Shown in pieces: positions 38,749 to 52,030 of a DNA stretch of 64,000 bases. Position numbers and translations under genes: made by a program. Origin of the DNA: Octopus bimaculoides. Its lineage: Eukaryota. The DNA lies in contig NC_068982.1 of assembly GCF_001194135.2 (NCBI RefSeq), positions 89,772,800-89,836,799 of the forward strand, given 5' to 3'. Position 1 is the first letter of the stretch. Every line of letters starts with the position of its first letter. The notes beneath the pieces are model-generated. The model searched no databases and had not been told where the DNA came from. It saw only the letters and a list, made by a program, of their open reading frames with translations.

Positions 38749-40784
38749 AGNNNNNNNNNNTTTGTTAGTATGGAATGTCCAGCATGATTATGTCTCTGTA
38801 ATATATAAATTTTATAAGTGGCGACACAACACATTTTCTTGGGTCTGCTGTCATTCTAAACTAGTTTGCTCTGTGTCATTTAAGAGCATTTAAAAATATT
38901 TCTAAAATTGTCTTTGTGTGTTTATGTTATTTAATTTTATGTATTTATCTTAGTATTTATTTCTCTCATCTCTTATTTGGTCTTTTGTAGCTTCTGTTTA
39001 TTTATTTCTCTTACTAAGCGAAATGCTGTGTTTGGAATTGTTTTTCCAGTAACAGAATATTCTATTATTTCTGATAGCACTGTCTCTTCCAAGATCAGCA
39101 AAGCTGTTTTTGCTTTTTGTTGTATTTTTTCATTTTCATTTTGTTCTATCATTTAGTTTCCTATGCTAGCATAGTTGGGATGAGACCAGCTTTTGTAAAT
39201 TTAGATATTGTTGAATACCTTTACAGCTGTCAATTATGCCATTATGAAGAAGCAGTGACTTTGGCTGTGAGTCAGGCAGTTTAACATAAGTCAAATAATG
39301 TTTTTTTCTTAGAAACACAATGCAATATTTATAAAGTGAATTCGTCTCATGTCGGCAGTAATTCTGAATATTATATCTACGATGATGACGACGACGATGA
39401 TGATGACGATAATGATGATGATGATGATCATCATCCTTTAATGTCCATTATCCTTGCTGGTATGGGTCAATGGTTTGACCAGAGCCTCCAAGCTAGAGAG
39501 CAGCACCAGGTTCCAGTCTGATTTGGCTTGGTTTCTATGGCTGTATGGCCTTCCTAATGCCAACCACTTTACAGTGTGCTGGGTGCTTGTAGTGTGGCAC
39601 TAAACGAGTGCTTTTATGTGGCACTGCCACAGAATTCTTGCAGGCTAATCCTCTTCACCAAGGGGTGCGACCTTAACACTTCTGCTGTGGAGGATATATT
39701 TTCTTGAGTTGGTAAGGCATTAATTCCATCAGTCCTGTAATATTCATTTTCCCTACATTTAGGGACTCTGTTTATGGACACAAAACCAACAGGAGGCCAC
39801 TCTTCTTCATCATATAATATGCTAAAAATAGCAGCCAAATTCCTTCAAATCATAGCTTACCATTTTAAAAATGGAATGGCATGCTGAATTATGTACACTT
39901 CTTTTGTCCCACATTCACCTTTTCTATATCCGTTGTTTCAGGATTGACCTCATCTTCTCATTTTGTTACTAGAATGATTTTAATCCTAAATATGCTTAAT
40001 TAGTTTTGCCCAAAAGTGAAACAACAACAATTATTTGAACAGCAGATGTCTAGTACCTTTGCTTGCTGGTTATAATCTGCATCATATTAAAATCCTTCAC
40101 CTCTTTATGTCATCTTATGTATTTCTGTCTGATATGGTTTCATCTGGTTGTTATAGTTAACTAACTTGGATTGATTTCATTTCAGAATATCATATTTTAT
40201 TACATTTTTCTTTTATTAAAGCACTAAGTACTAGACAGAGTAGGTAATAGGCCTACATTACCAAAATCTAGGGGAAGGGGTTTCACACAAATTCCGAACT
40301 ACTGAAACACAATTTCTTAATCCAGATAAAAACATGAAAACTTAATAACAAAGTGGAAAAGTAAGATCAAAAAGGATACAGAACTGGAGCAGTGTTGGGC
40401 AGATGAAATAAGATGGTAGTGTAGTGTTATAACCTATTCCATAATTTGGCATGGAAAATTTCAAACTTTACCAGATTTAATCTGTTATAATGGATTTCCT
40501 CAGAGATCTGCATAATCATTAAAGCTATAGATTTCACGTTCACAAATTGATTATAATTTTCAGACTGCATTTTTCAGATGGTGCAAAGAGGGTGATAATT
40601 GTTAGAAATACATTACACAAAACCTGGAGTAGGGGTGCATGCTGTTGGGCTGGCCTGAGGCACAGAATATTCTAGTGATAGTCCCATTACTTTTAATTAT
40701 AATTAGCTACCAAAACACTAATCTGTAAAATCAATTTTGGAAATCTGTTTTCTTCCAGGTTCTTCATTTTGTTGCTGCTGTTAC

Positions 40785-40839
<55 letters not shown>

Positions 40840-41677
40840 TATCCATTTCAACTTTATAATTTTGACAACTTTCTTAGATTGTTAATATCCTCTTGTCACT
40901 CTCGATGCCAGAACCAAATACTCTAAATCCTAATTAGTAGGGCAATATAATCATTTGCACGTTGAGTGAGTACTCCAATAATGTACAAAAAAAATTACTA
41001 AAATATCTGAACTAACCAAATATTTTCTTAATACTTTATTCCTTTCCATTATTGATTTTGTATTTCTTTCAACTAAATTGTATCTCTTTCTATTGAGCTG
41101 TTAAATCAATACAACAACTAACATAATGTTCTGATAAATATTTATTTTTGCCTGTTAAAGGTCTAAACTTTGATGGGGAGGAAGATACAGCTGGTTGAAT
41201 TACTACCGTCATATTACTGTGATACTTCTTTTGTCAAGCTTTGAGAGATGAGGGATACATTTACTCTATTATCTCTATCAACTCAACATTGCCACTATTC
41301 AATATCATACAAGATTATCTCTATTCTGTGTTGAGTAAGAACAAAGAAAGTTATATCAATGTTAGATGTTGTAACTGAGTCTATTTATTTGTTCCAGTAA
41401 TAATCTTGCCATTTTCTTCCTTCTTATCTACCTCTTGTGATCTTGTTGATATGACTTTCAAAATTGTGTCAGGATAAGAAATCAGGAAATCTGTGTTCAA
41501 TTCAAAGCCAGAACTGCTTCTTCTTTCCTCTTATAAATCATCATCATCTTAACATCCACTTTCCATGCTTGTATGGGTTAGATGAAATTCATTGAGGCAG
41601 ATTTTCTATTGAGATTCTCCTCCTTTTGTTACCTCTCGTCTGTTTCCAAGCAAATTAATATTTCCCATTGTATGTAC

Positions 41678-41709
<32 letters not shown>

Positions 41710-43529
41710 CACACATATAAATACATATATGATACAAATGTGGCATACTGGGACAACAAAGGGGCATTGAGAAAAACACACGAGAGAGACAGACATGCTC
41801 AACCCCTCATTGATTACCAACTATCATCGTTATCTTGACACAATAGGTTTCTTTCAACACTTGGTTATAAATCTAGTCACAAGCCTTTAATTGGGCTTGG
41901 GTGATAGTAGAAAACAATTGCTTAAAGTGCCAATCAGTGGGACTGATCTAAAGCCACAACATTTAGAAGCAAGATTTTTAACCACACAGCCATGCCTGTG
42001 CATATAAGTAAATCTAAGATTGTGGCATTGGAAAAAACTAATAGCTGTGGGACTTAGATGGAATGAATAAAAATATGCTGCTGGTCTTACATCATGTTTC
42101 TTGGACAACAATTTTACAATGTCTCATTTTACTTAGCTATTAAGTTCAAGAATTTCCCAAGGAAAGTATCTGTGATAGTTTCCTTTCATTAAGGTTGATT
42201 TTTATTTTGAGCAAATGAAGTGAACTGGTTGATGTGAAAAACAGGGACCAGAAAGAGAAGGGAAATTTAGAGACAACTAATAATACAAATGAAGGATTAA
42301 GAAAAACATTCAGATTAACATTTAGAAAGGTTTGAATATTAAGAGCATTCTAAAGTCAGAGGAATTGTAAGAATGGCAGAACAGCAAACCAAAATGCCAA
42401 ACTGTATTCAGTTCTGTTTATATATATATATTGAGCTAAAATCCAGCTGGGATTGATTTTGGCCTTTATCCTAACAAGGCTAATAAATAAAACAGTACCA
42501 CATGAATTTAGGTCAGTGAAGGGAACATACTCTTCCTTTACAATTGTACTGCATAATGCCAAAGTATAAAGCAGTTGCCACTACAACTAACAAAAAGTAG
42601 ATTCCTTTATCACTATATGTCCCTGTTTAATCTATTGCTCATTTATAAGCTTGTAGTTCTTTCCCTTGACTTTCTTGGTTTGAATTGTCATTAAAGTTAA
42701 TGCATTTCTCATTTACGAGTGTAATTTCAGCTGAATGAAACTTCTGAATGGTTCACTACGTTATCTATGTTAACCGAAAATTCTGGGGTAGGTCAGAATC
42801 AATTAAATCAAACCTAATATTTGACTGGTACTTTAGTTTATGGATCACAAAATGATTAAAAGCAAATTTAATTTCAAAGGGATTTAAACTGCAAAATTTA
42901 AAGGCTGTAATTAAACACTGTGAGGTATTTAATCCACTGCTTAAACAAATCTTCTAATCTATCATTCCATCTTATGCCAATGCTTAAAGTTTAAATCCTA
43001 TCAGGGTTGGCTCTATTTTCTGCTCCCTTATAACTGATAAAATAAATACATTATTAATAGTGTACTGGGAAAAATTCAGCGCAGTAAAATTCATCCTTAT
43101 CCTCCAAAATTTCTTTGGTTATATGCTTGGATATAGAAAATAAATCAATAGAGAAAAAGATTCTATTGCCCTAACTGATAAATCAGAGGTTTCATGAATA
43201 TGTATTCAAAACTATCCTTAATGATAAATGTATGATATTCAACAGTGAAAATATATACAGGTGTGAGATGGCACTTGAGAATATGCAAGTAGATGCTATA
43301 TTCAGATGAATAGCTTTGTAATTAATGCAATAATGCATTAGGTAGGAAAAAAAAAACATATGACTAAAACAGAAACAGAAATTCATAAAAAAAGTCACTA
43401 GAATAAGGAATAGAAGTCATGCTTCAGGAATGTGCAGCCTATATATGTATTTATGTATGTGCGTGTGTGTGTGTGTGTGTGTGTGCATGGATATATACAT
43501 ATATGAATATATATGTATACATTTGAGTA

Positions 43530-43823
43530 TATATGCGTACGAACAACCATGCTACATGGCAGTGAAACATGGGCTGTAACTGCTGAGGACATACGTAAGC
43601 TCGCAAGGAATGAAGCCAGTATGCTCCGTTGGATGTGTAATGTCAATGTGAATACCCGTCAGAGCGTAAGTATCTTGAGAGAAAAGCTGAACATTAGAAG
43701 CATCAGTTGTGGCGTGCAAGAGAGACGATTGCGCTGGTATGGACATGTGGTGAGAATGGAGGAGGATAGCTGCGTGAAAAAGTGCCACACCCTAACAGTT
43801 GAGGGAACCCGTGGAAGAGGTAG
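43530..43823 (+). mobile_element. RTE LINE C-terminal fragment with intact frame, cut by an assembly gap
   Basis: TTMLHGSETWAVTAEDIRKLARNEASMLRWMCNVNVNTRQSVSILREKLNIRSISCGVQERRLRWYGHVVRMEEDSCVKKCHTLTVEGTRGRG. Confidence 0.88.
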
Positions 43824-44490
43824 NNNNNNNNNNNNNNNNNNNNNNNNNNNNNNNNNNNNNNNNNNNNNNNNNNNNNNNNNNNNNNNNNNNNNNNNNNNNN
43901 NNNNNNNNNNNNNNNNNNNNNNNNNNNNNNNNNNNNNNNNNNNNNNNNNNNNNNNNNNNNNNNNNNNNNNNNNNNNNNNNNNNNNNNNNNNNNNNNNNNN
44001 NNNNNNNNNNNNNNNNNNNNNNNNNNNNNNNNNNNNNNNNNNNNNNNNNNNNNNNNNNNNNNNNNNNNNNNNNNNNNNNNNNNNNNNNNNNNNNNNNNNN
44101 NNNNNNNNNNNNNNNNNNNNNNNNNNNNNNNNNNNNNNNNNNNNNNNNNNNNNNNNNNNNNNNNNNNNNNNNNNNNNNNNNNNNNNNNNNNNNNNNNNNN
44201 NNNNNNNNNNNNNNNNNNNNNNNNNNNNNNNNNNNNNNNNNNNNNNNNNNNNNNNNNNNNNNNNNNNNNNNNNNNNNNNNNNNNNNNNNNNNNNNNNNNN
44301 NNNNNNNNNNNNNNNNNNNNNNNNNNNNNNNNNNNNNNNNNNNNNNNNNNNNNNNNNNNNNNNNNNNNNNNNNNNNNNNNNNNNNNNNNNNNNNNNNNNN
44401 NNNNNNNNNNNNNNNNNNNNNNNNNNNNNNNNNNNNNNNNNNNNNNNNNNNNNNNNNNNNNNNNNNNNNNNNNNNNNNNNNNNNNNNNNN

Positions 44491-44541
<51 letters not shown>

Positions 44542-46676
44542 TGCATATATAAATTGGTAGATAGATAGATAGATAGATAGATATAATTATATGTACACAC
44601 TGAGATATGTGTGTATTTGCATGGCTGTCCGTCACAAGGATGTATAACCTGGTGCTTGTACCATACTTTCACCAACTGTTTTACCTACATAGCTGAGAGT
44701 AGATACAGATAGCCTCTCAGCCCCCACCCCACTCATTCTTAGTAAAATGTTAAAATTGCGGCAACTGGGTTACACGTTTGAGTGGGCTGTCTTGAGGCTA
44801 TAGAAAATGACATTTGCTTAAGATGTCATAAAGCAGGATATAACCTGGTTCTTCATGTTTGCAAAGTGGTTTTTTAAAATACCCACCCATAATGCACCTA
44901 CAAGCACAAACACATTCAGTTATTCTCCACTGAAACAAGAAGCTCATATGTGCACCAGAGGGAAGCCTCTTTCACATATAAACTACATCTTCTGTCTGTT
45001 TCTAACACACACATATATAATCTGTCTCTCTTTCACACACACACAAGCACTCACACACACACAAGCACACACACACACATACACACATGCGCATAGACAC
45101 ACACTCACACATAATGTATGCAAACTGAATGATTTTTGTCATGATCCAAATTCACGCAACACAATCTTAAGGTGGACTGTTTTATTTTCGGTGTTTCAAA
45201 CTGCTTTCATAAATATTGGAAAGGGTTCATACATATGTGTCAATTGCTTTTTTGTAGCCAATTTCTAAATGATATTTCGTTGAGATTAGGTTTATGATTG
45301 CTACTGCTCTTTATTCATTGGTTGTTCTGTCACCGTTGGTCGATTTCAGTGTCATATCCGACTGCTCCGAATTTTCTTTTGTTTATGATGCATGTCTTTT
45401 TGATGACTTTCATGACGCTTTTCATTGGCTCATACAGTCATTCTTCTATCTCTACTAGTTGATTTCATCATTATATCCTGTTTCGCTAAAATTCTTATTC
45501 TGTTTACTTTCATTATTACATCCTGCTTTCATCCCCTAAATTGTTATTCTGTATTTGAAGTTGTTAAACGTTGTTTATTCTGTTATCGTGTTCTTTTTTT
45601 TTGTTTGTTTTCCATTTCTGCATTTAGTGTTTAGGCGGTCTGTCCGTAAGCATTAAAGTTCTGAAGATGTTGTATAGTAGCTTTTCATTGGTTAATTCAG
45701 TGCAGTTGATTTCATCATTATATCTTGTTTCACTAGAAATTCTGCTCTGTTTACTTAATTTGAAGTGATAAATTGTTATCTGAATTTGCTGATATCTTAT
45801 GTCACCAAAATCATTGTTCTGTTGTCTTCCATCGTTTGTGTGTTTCTCCCCTGGGGGAGGTTTCTGTGTATTTTCTATCTACTCTCACTGAATTGTTATT
45901 CTTTTGATAGGTTTGATCTCTTTAGTTTCTTATTCCACTGGGGTTAGCATTGTCATACCTCCACTTCCTTGTTACAATTTGGAACAGCTTATACAAGTGA
46001 TTTTTCTCGTGTGTCTGCAGTATAATACCATCTCATTTTATATCACCTTATTTCTTCTTTTGGATAACTATATATGTGGTAATTATATTGTATTTCCTGT
46101 GGTGTACAAAGGTCATATTTCAGTAACATATACATTAGAATGATACCGTCTATTGTTGTCCAGTTACGAATGTGCTTTGAAAAGGACAATACATTCTCTC
46201 TGCAAATGTGAAATAAGTAAATGCATTTTGTGAATTAAAGATTGAACTACAAAATTAGTCGTCCCATATTTTTGGTGCCTTCATTTGTCGAATGAATGTA
46301 TGGATCTGCACTTGGTAAGTTCGTGTCTAAGGGGAAGATCTGGGCAAGGCTTATCCGGAAGACAATAGTAGTTCTCCATGCATAAAAAACCCTTCTCTCC
46401 ATGTCACTCAAAAGGGAAAGAAAGTCAAGTACTGTTACGACATAACATGATTGTTGTCTAAAGCATTGCACTGTGAGTTCAAGGCTCTAACAATTCCACT
46501 AAGTCACAGTTTTGGATCGCGAAAGGATTATAAAGTTTTCTGCAATTCGATTTGAATTCGGTGTTCAGAGAACCAAAAGAAATATCGCACACATCTATCT
46601 CAATATATGCATGTATGTATGTATGTATGTATGTATGTATGTGTGCGTGCGTGTGTGTGAGAGAGAGAGAGACAGA

Positions 46677-46812
46677 TACTTTCTGGACCATCCTAACCAA
46701 GCTAGGTTGCTCACAGAAGTTCACTACATTGATAAAACTCTTTCATGACAATATGACCGGTCAAGTTTTTTGCAATGGTGGCTGCACTAACACTTTCAAC
46801 ATTTCCAATGGT
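46677..46812 (+). mobile_element. BovB-like RTE reverse transcriptase fragment (a second RTE family)
   Basis: FWTILTKLGCSQKFTTLIKLFHDNMTGQVFCNGGCTNTFNISNG fits the LWxILxKxGCPxKF..HDxMxGxV..NG pattern of BovB/RTE RT. Confidence 0.75.
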
Positions 46813-47249
46813 TATTTCCTTGATTTCGGCCACGACCCTAAAGCGGTTGATAATTCTTCTCATGTTTGAATATTTCCTTCCATAAACTGATTTGAGTCAC
46901 ACTGTCTGACGAAGTGAACTGGCTCCAGATTTATTATATAACGTTACATAATTCTTATGTAATATGAAATAAAGGACATCCATTAATCGAAGCATACATA
47001 AAAGTAATTTGACTTGTCTATCAAAATTATTACTGCCTTTGAGAATAATAACATGTCTACTTGATAAACATATATTGGATTTCTGGAGTGCTACAAAAAA
47101 TTAGCTGAAATAAAACCAATCACACTTTGGTTGATTAGAGGGGTAGTTTTTACACTGTTATTTGAAAAATTTACTAGCCAGTTTTTTGCACGAAGTGTTG
47201 CTAAAGTGATAGCTTAAATTATATTTATCCCACTATTATTATTATTATT

Positions 47250-47315
47250 CAGGTCACTGCCTAGAATCGAACTCGGAATCTTGGGTTAGTAGCCCACGCT
47301 CTTAACCAGTACCCG
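47250..47315 (-). mobile_element. Short 5'-truncated tRNA-like SINE with (AAT)n tail
   Basis: Minus TGGTTAAGAGCGTGGGCTACTAACCCAAG..GAGTTCGATTCTAGGCAGTGACCTG(AAT)n. It has A/B-box-like motifs but no intact acceptor stem, so it is not a tRNA gene. Confidence 0.55.
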
Positions 47316-47695
47316 AATAATAATAATAATAATATGTACGTGACATGGTGATCTCATAATAAGATAAACAGCGCATAACCTTGCAGGTGGGGCCTAATTA
47401 GAATTTTCTTCAGATCGAGTGGCCCATCCCGCTCAAAAGGTCCCTGAATAAGGATGTTGAACTAAACACCCATGATTTCACAAGCGAATTATACAAACCC
47501 CAAATAATTCCTTTCAACACATGGATATGATGCTCCTCTACTACTTCTGCTCGTGATCAGAGATGCACATATCGTCAGCCACTAAGGGACATGCTCAACT
47601 GGTAAGGTCGAACAACTGACAAGCAAATCTGTGGTATTGAGCAGAATATTTGCTGTAGCCCATCTTTATATTTGCCCATTATTATTATTATTATT

Positions 47696-47998
47696 GTTCA
47701 GTAGTTTTATTTTTATAACGTGCTTTCACTTCACTACCGAGCGCAGCTCTGTGTGCCTTGGGTATGTGCTGTGGTTTGCTGTGATGCTCTTATGGTTACT
47801 GTATTGAAAGTGTTTTGCGTAGGATGTGTGCAGTGCCTAGTAGTGAAATTTTCTGTATGTTATATATATTTGTAAGTCCTGGTGTTTTTGTTTTGTGTTT
47901 GTCTGAATATATTTTTTATTATACCTAAGGCACCTACTATGATAGGAATTGTTTCTGTTTTTAGATTCCACATTCGAGTTACCTCTATTTCCAGGTCT

Positions 47999-48000
<2 letters not shown>
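47696..48000 (-). mobile_element. Dong/R4-clade non-LTR element, 5'-truncated 3' end (C-terminus of the restriction-like endonuclease region) in a (TAA)n tract
   Basis: EDLEIEVTRMWNLKTETIPIIVGALG, one frameshift, then PGLTNIYNIQKISLLGTAHILRKTLSIQ*, a ~105 nt 3' UTR, and (AAT)n on both sides. Dong elements are known to target TAA repeats. Confidence 0.8.
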
Positions 48001-48036
<36 letters not shown>

Positions 48037-48769
48037 TGTGTCTACGTGTGTGTGGGTGGGTGTGCATACATATGCTGTTAAGTCTACACTAGAGAATATT
48101 GTGAATTTGTCGCAGGAAGGAACTCAGGTGTTAAGATTCGTGACAGTTGGTAATAGCTTTCCTTTGGCGTTAATGAGTAATATTATCTCAGTATTACACT
48201 TATCTACATTATATGCATTATTATATCACCCATTCACTAATATTTGAAACAATTGTAAAGACTGTACCTGCTTGCAGCATGTAAAATGTATCTTTTATTT
48301 GTTTCAATCATTTGACTGCGGCCATGCTAGGGCACCGCCTTGAAGGCTTTAAGTCGAACATCTCGACCCGAGGACTTACTTTTTAAAGCTTGGTACTTAT
48401 TCTATCAGTCACTTTGCCGATCCGCTATGTTACGGATACATAAACACACCAACACCTGTTGTCAAGCGGGATGAGGAACAAACACAGAGATAAAGATACA
48501 CACACATAGATATAAACATATACATATACACAACGGGATTCATTAAGTTTCTACCTACCAAATCCACTCACTTTCCCACAGTGCCATGTTGTGGAGCTGA
48601 ACCAGGAATTATGTGATTGGGAAGCAAGCTTCTTACCTTTCCTCTGACTGACATTTGCAATTCCGAACTCCCTCACCTGATTAAGAGGCTGGAATTTAAG
48701 AATTCAATCTCTCTCAGTCCGACTTAGTGACTATCTATTCCGAGCTTGCACTTCCATTTTGTCACGCAC

Positions 48770-48808
<39 letters not shown>

Positions 48809-50749
48809 ATATATATACATATATGTACGTGTGTGTGTGTGTGTGTGTGTCTGAATAAACTCATATATGTGTATATGTAGGCATGTGCATGTTTACATGT
48901 TTGTGTAATTGTACTTATGATATAGATATACATACATATATATATATATATACACACACACACATACAGACACACACACATGTATGCACTTATCCCTATA
49001 TTCTATTACTCGACTCTGAATTAGTATATCGGTTTTAATCAGTAGTCACATAAATAAATTTTTTACATTCACAAAAATAACAGCAACAACAACAACAAAA
49101 ATATTTAGGATTTTGCATGGCTGCAAATAATATTCTGATAATTTGTCTGACATATGTTGAATATTAATATTTCTATCTTTTAGTGGAATGCTTGACATAA
49201 TTTTTTTCATAATTAATATGACAAGTTTCTGATTGAAAAACTAAAACATCTCTATTTTTTCTTCTGAATATTTTTTAATCGGTATTATTAATTAATACTA
49301 TCTGTAACGAGATATACTCCATCGCAGTATTCTTAAGACCTTATAACTATCCTGTTATCTACACGAATGTTGTAACTAAAGAAAGCAAATTTACAATTGA
49401 CAGTCATATCATGACAATTCATAACAATTGCTTCTAATTTAGTCACAAGACTAGTGATTTTGAGTGGAGTAGGGCAGGCCTCATTGATTATGACATCAGT
49501 ATTTGACTAGCATTGAAGTTTAGCTGTCCCAGGGGGATGAACAGCAAAATTGACTCGGTGAAATTTGAACTCACAACGTAAATATTGCAAGCGCTTCCTC
49601 AGAATAAATATTCTTTTGTACTCTACGCAGAAGGCCCTAAATTTTTGAGGAGGGGGCCAATCGACTAGATCGACCCAGTACACAACTGGTACTTAATTTA
49701 TTGACACCGAAAGGAGGAAAGGCAAAGTCGACCACGGCGGAATTTTAACTCAGAACTCCTCAGAAGAAATATTGCAAGCATTTCTTCCTACGCTGTTACT
49801 ATTTTATTAATTCTCTGGTCTGTGACAAATAATGGTTTCTGATTTTAGCACAAGGCGAGAGGAGTTGATACCATTGACCCAGTACTTGGCTGGTACATTA
49901 TTTTATGAACTCTGGAATAATGAAAGGCATAGTTCACCCTTGCGGAATTTGAACTCGAAATATAAACAGTCAAAGCAATTGCAGCAAATCGTTTGTTCTG
50001 ATGCTTAAACTATTCTGCCAGCTCGCTGCTCTATGATAGAAGATAATAATAATGAAATGGTTAAACAGAATTTGCAGTTGGAACAAAAAATGCTTGTTTT
50101 CGGGCATGGATTATGAGTAACCGATCTCTGTATAATAAATTAATCGCAAATGCTCAGAGAAATAATTGTGAATTCTATAGATCAATAGTGAAATACCGAT
50201 AAAATGGAACGAATTTATTTATGTGCGCATCAGTGGGAAGCCTCAGGTTCTGGTAAATTCACGAACTCCGTCACATAAAGAGTTTGTAATACAGACTCGA
50301 ATTTACTCGTCAAACCATATTTCATCACATCAGACAGCCTTATGAAATTATATTATTTATACTTAAATATTTTGGCCGTCACTGCGTTCGTAAATTAAAT
50401 TAAATCTACTATCTGCATGAGATATTCATAAAGGTCTGTCTTGTTTATTATACAGTCGCCCCTTTTTTTGCTGTCTACTGTATGGTTGATGAACTCGACA
50501 GTCTTTTACAACTGTCTAATATATCTAGAAAATTTAATTAATATATTTAATTTAGATACGTTGAATCGGTGAAAGTTTTTAAATATGACCCAAAGAACTC
50601 TTTAACATGAGAAATAAACACTGCTGGCTCACCAGTGTATTTATTTAACAGCCTCATGAAAGGCGAGAATAGAGAAAATATGGACAAAGCGGCCAGTTGT
50701 AAAAATGCCACAGGCCATGTAGAAATTTAGAAAGATAACGTTAATATCA

Positions 50750-52030
50750 TGATTGAGAAAGTGCCATGAAAGACGACAAAAGCACAAACACTAAGCAGAT
50801 TTATTTTACTAAAGACAACAACAGAAATAATGGAAAATGCAATTATTGTTACCACCAAGGACAAAAAATGGATAACCATTTAATAGAAATACTAAAAAAG
50901 AAGCCAATAAATACGGACTAGAAATGAGAAATGAAAATAATGGTAACATAATTAACAGAGCTATAGTAACCTGTAGGTGTTACTAAAATGTAACTGTAGA
51001 CATGGAGAAAAATGGAGCAAACTGCCACTTTGTTCATCCTAAAATCTAGCATCAATAGGATGCAGGAAAATATTTTGCTTACACAAACAAAAGCTATTGT
51101 GGTAGTAACCTGATAATCTACAGAGCATTATCATTAAAGAAGAAAATCTGAATGAAAGATGCACATACACCTACACAAAAAGGATACAGTGCACATCATT
51201 GGTACGCATGCATCAGTCGAGTATCAATATTAAAAATGACTTAAGGCGGCGAGCAGGCAGAAACGTAACCCCGCCGGGCGAAATGCTTAGCGGTATTTCG
51301 TGTGTCTTTAAGTTCTGAGTTCAAATTCCGCCGAGGTCGACTTTGTCTTTTATCCTTTCGGGGTCAATAAATTAAGCACCAGTTGCGTACTAGGGTCGAT
51401 CTAATTGACTAGCCCCTCCCCAAAAATTTTGGGCCTCGTGCCTAGAGTAGAAAAGAATATTAAAAATTACTCTTAAGTTAGTGCAGCGGATGATTTCGCT
51501 GCAGTAGATACTCCAACGCGCAAATTCACCATAAATAAAACCAAAGATAGTTCTGACACACATCTATTATAATGTCACATTAATCATACTGTTAAATGTC
51601 AGAGATCTGTTATAACTTAGTAACAGAAGTAAAAGTCCTTACACGAGAAACCATTCCAGATGCAATCAAGTAATATGCATGACATTTACAGAAACACATC
51701 TTGCAGCTAACATAACAGATGATGTATTCATACTAAAGTATGTCGTTTATTTGGTATTGTCACGAAAGAAAGATGTTATGGTAGAGTTATAATTTACATT
51801 TATGTAGATGTATCGACTATCAAATGCCCCAAATGATGGGAAACATTTGAAGTGAGTCTTGAAGAGATAGAACTGATATTAACCCAACTAGATCAATATT
51901 TTGATGTACTTCTCTTGGGTAACTTATACCTATACAATCTCAAATGTTCTGTATGCCCCAGTTTCTGCGATACCTAACGAGAAGCAATAATACTCCAAAT
52001 CTGTGCCATAGATAACACTAATTTCATCCA
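50750..52030 (+). mobile_element. Decayed CR1/L2-group LINE 5' part: Cys/His zinc-finger ORF1 remnant plus APE endonuclease start
   Basis: CRHGEK..ANCHFVHPK and ERCTY remnants at 51.0-51.2 kb, then IILLNVR, TETHL, YQMPPND and LLLGN(L) at 51.58-51.93 kb. Interrupted by a SINE. Confidence 0.55.
51242..51455 (+). mobile_element. tRNA-derived SINE family B (Nin-like central domain) with 16-bp target-site duplication
   Basis: ggcggcgagc.ggcagaaacg..gagttcaaattccgccgaggtcgactttg.ctttcatcctttcggggtc.ataaattaag. Flanked by AATATTAAAAATGACT (51226-51241) and AATATTAAAAATTACT (51456-51471). Confidence 0.88.

Noticed and set aside
47250-47315. Possible tRNA gene; also the tRNA-like heads at 30170-30244 and 63865-63950
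   Set aside because: No complete cloverleaf, and each continues into a repeat body or tail, so these are SINE heads.
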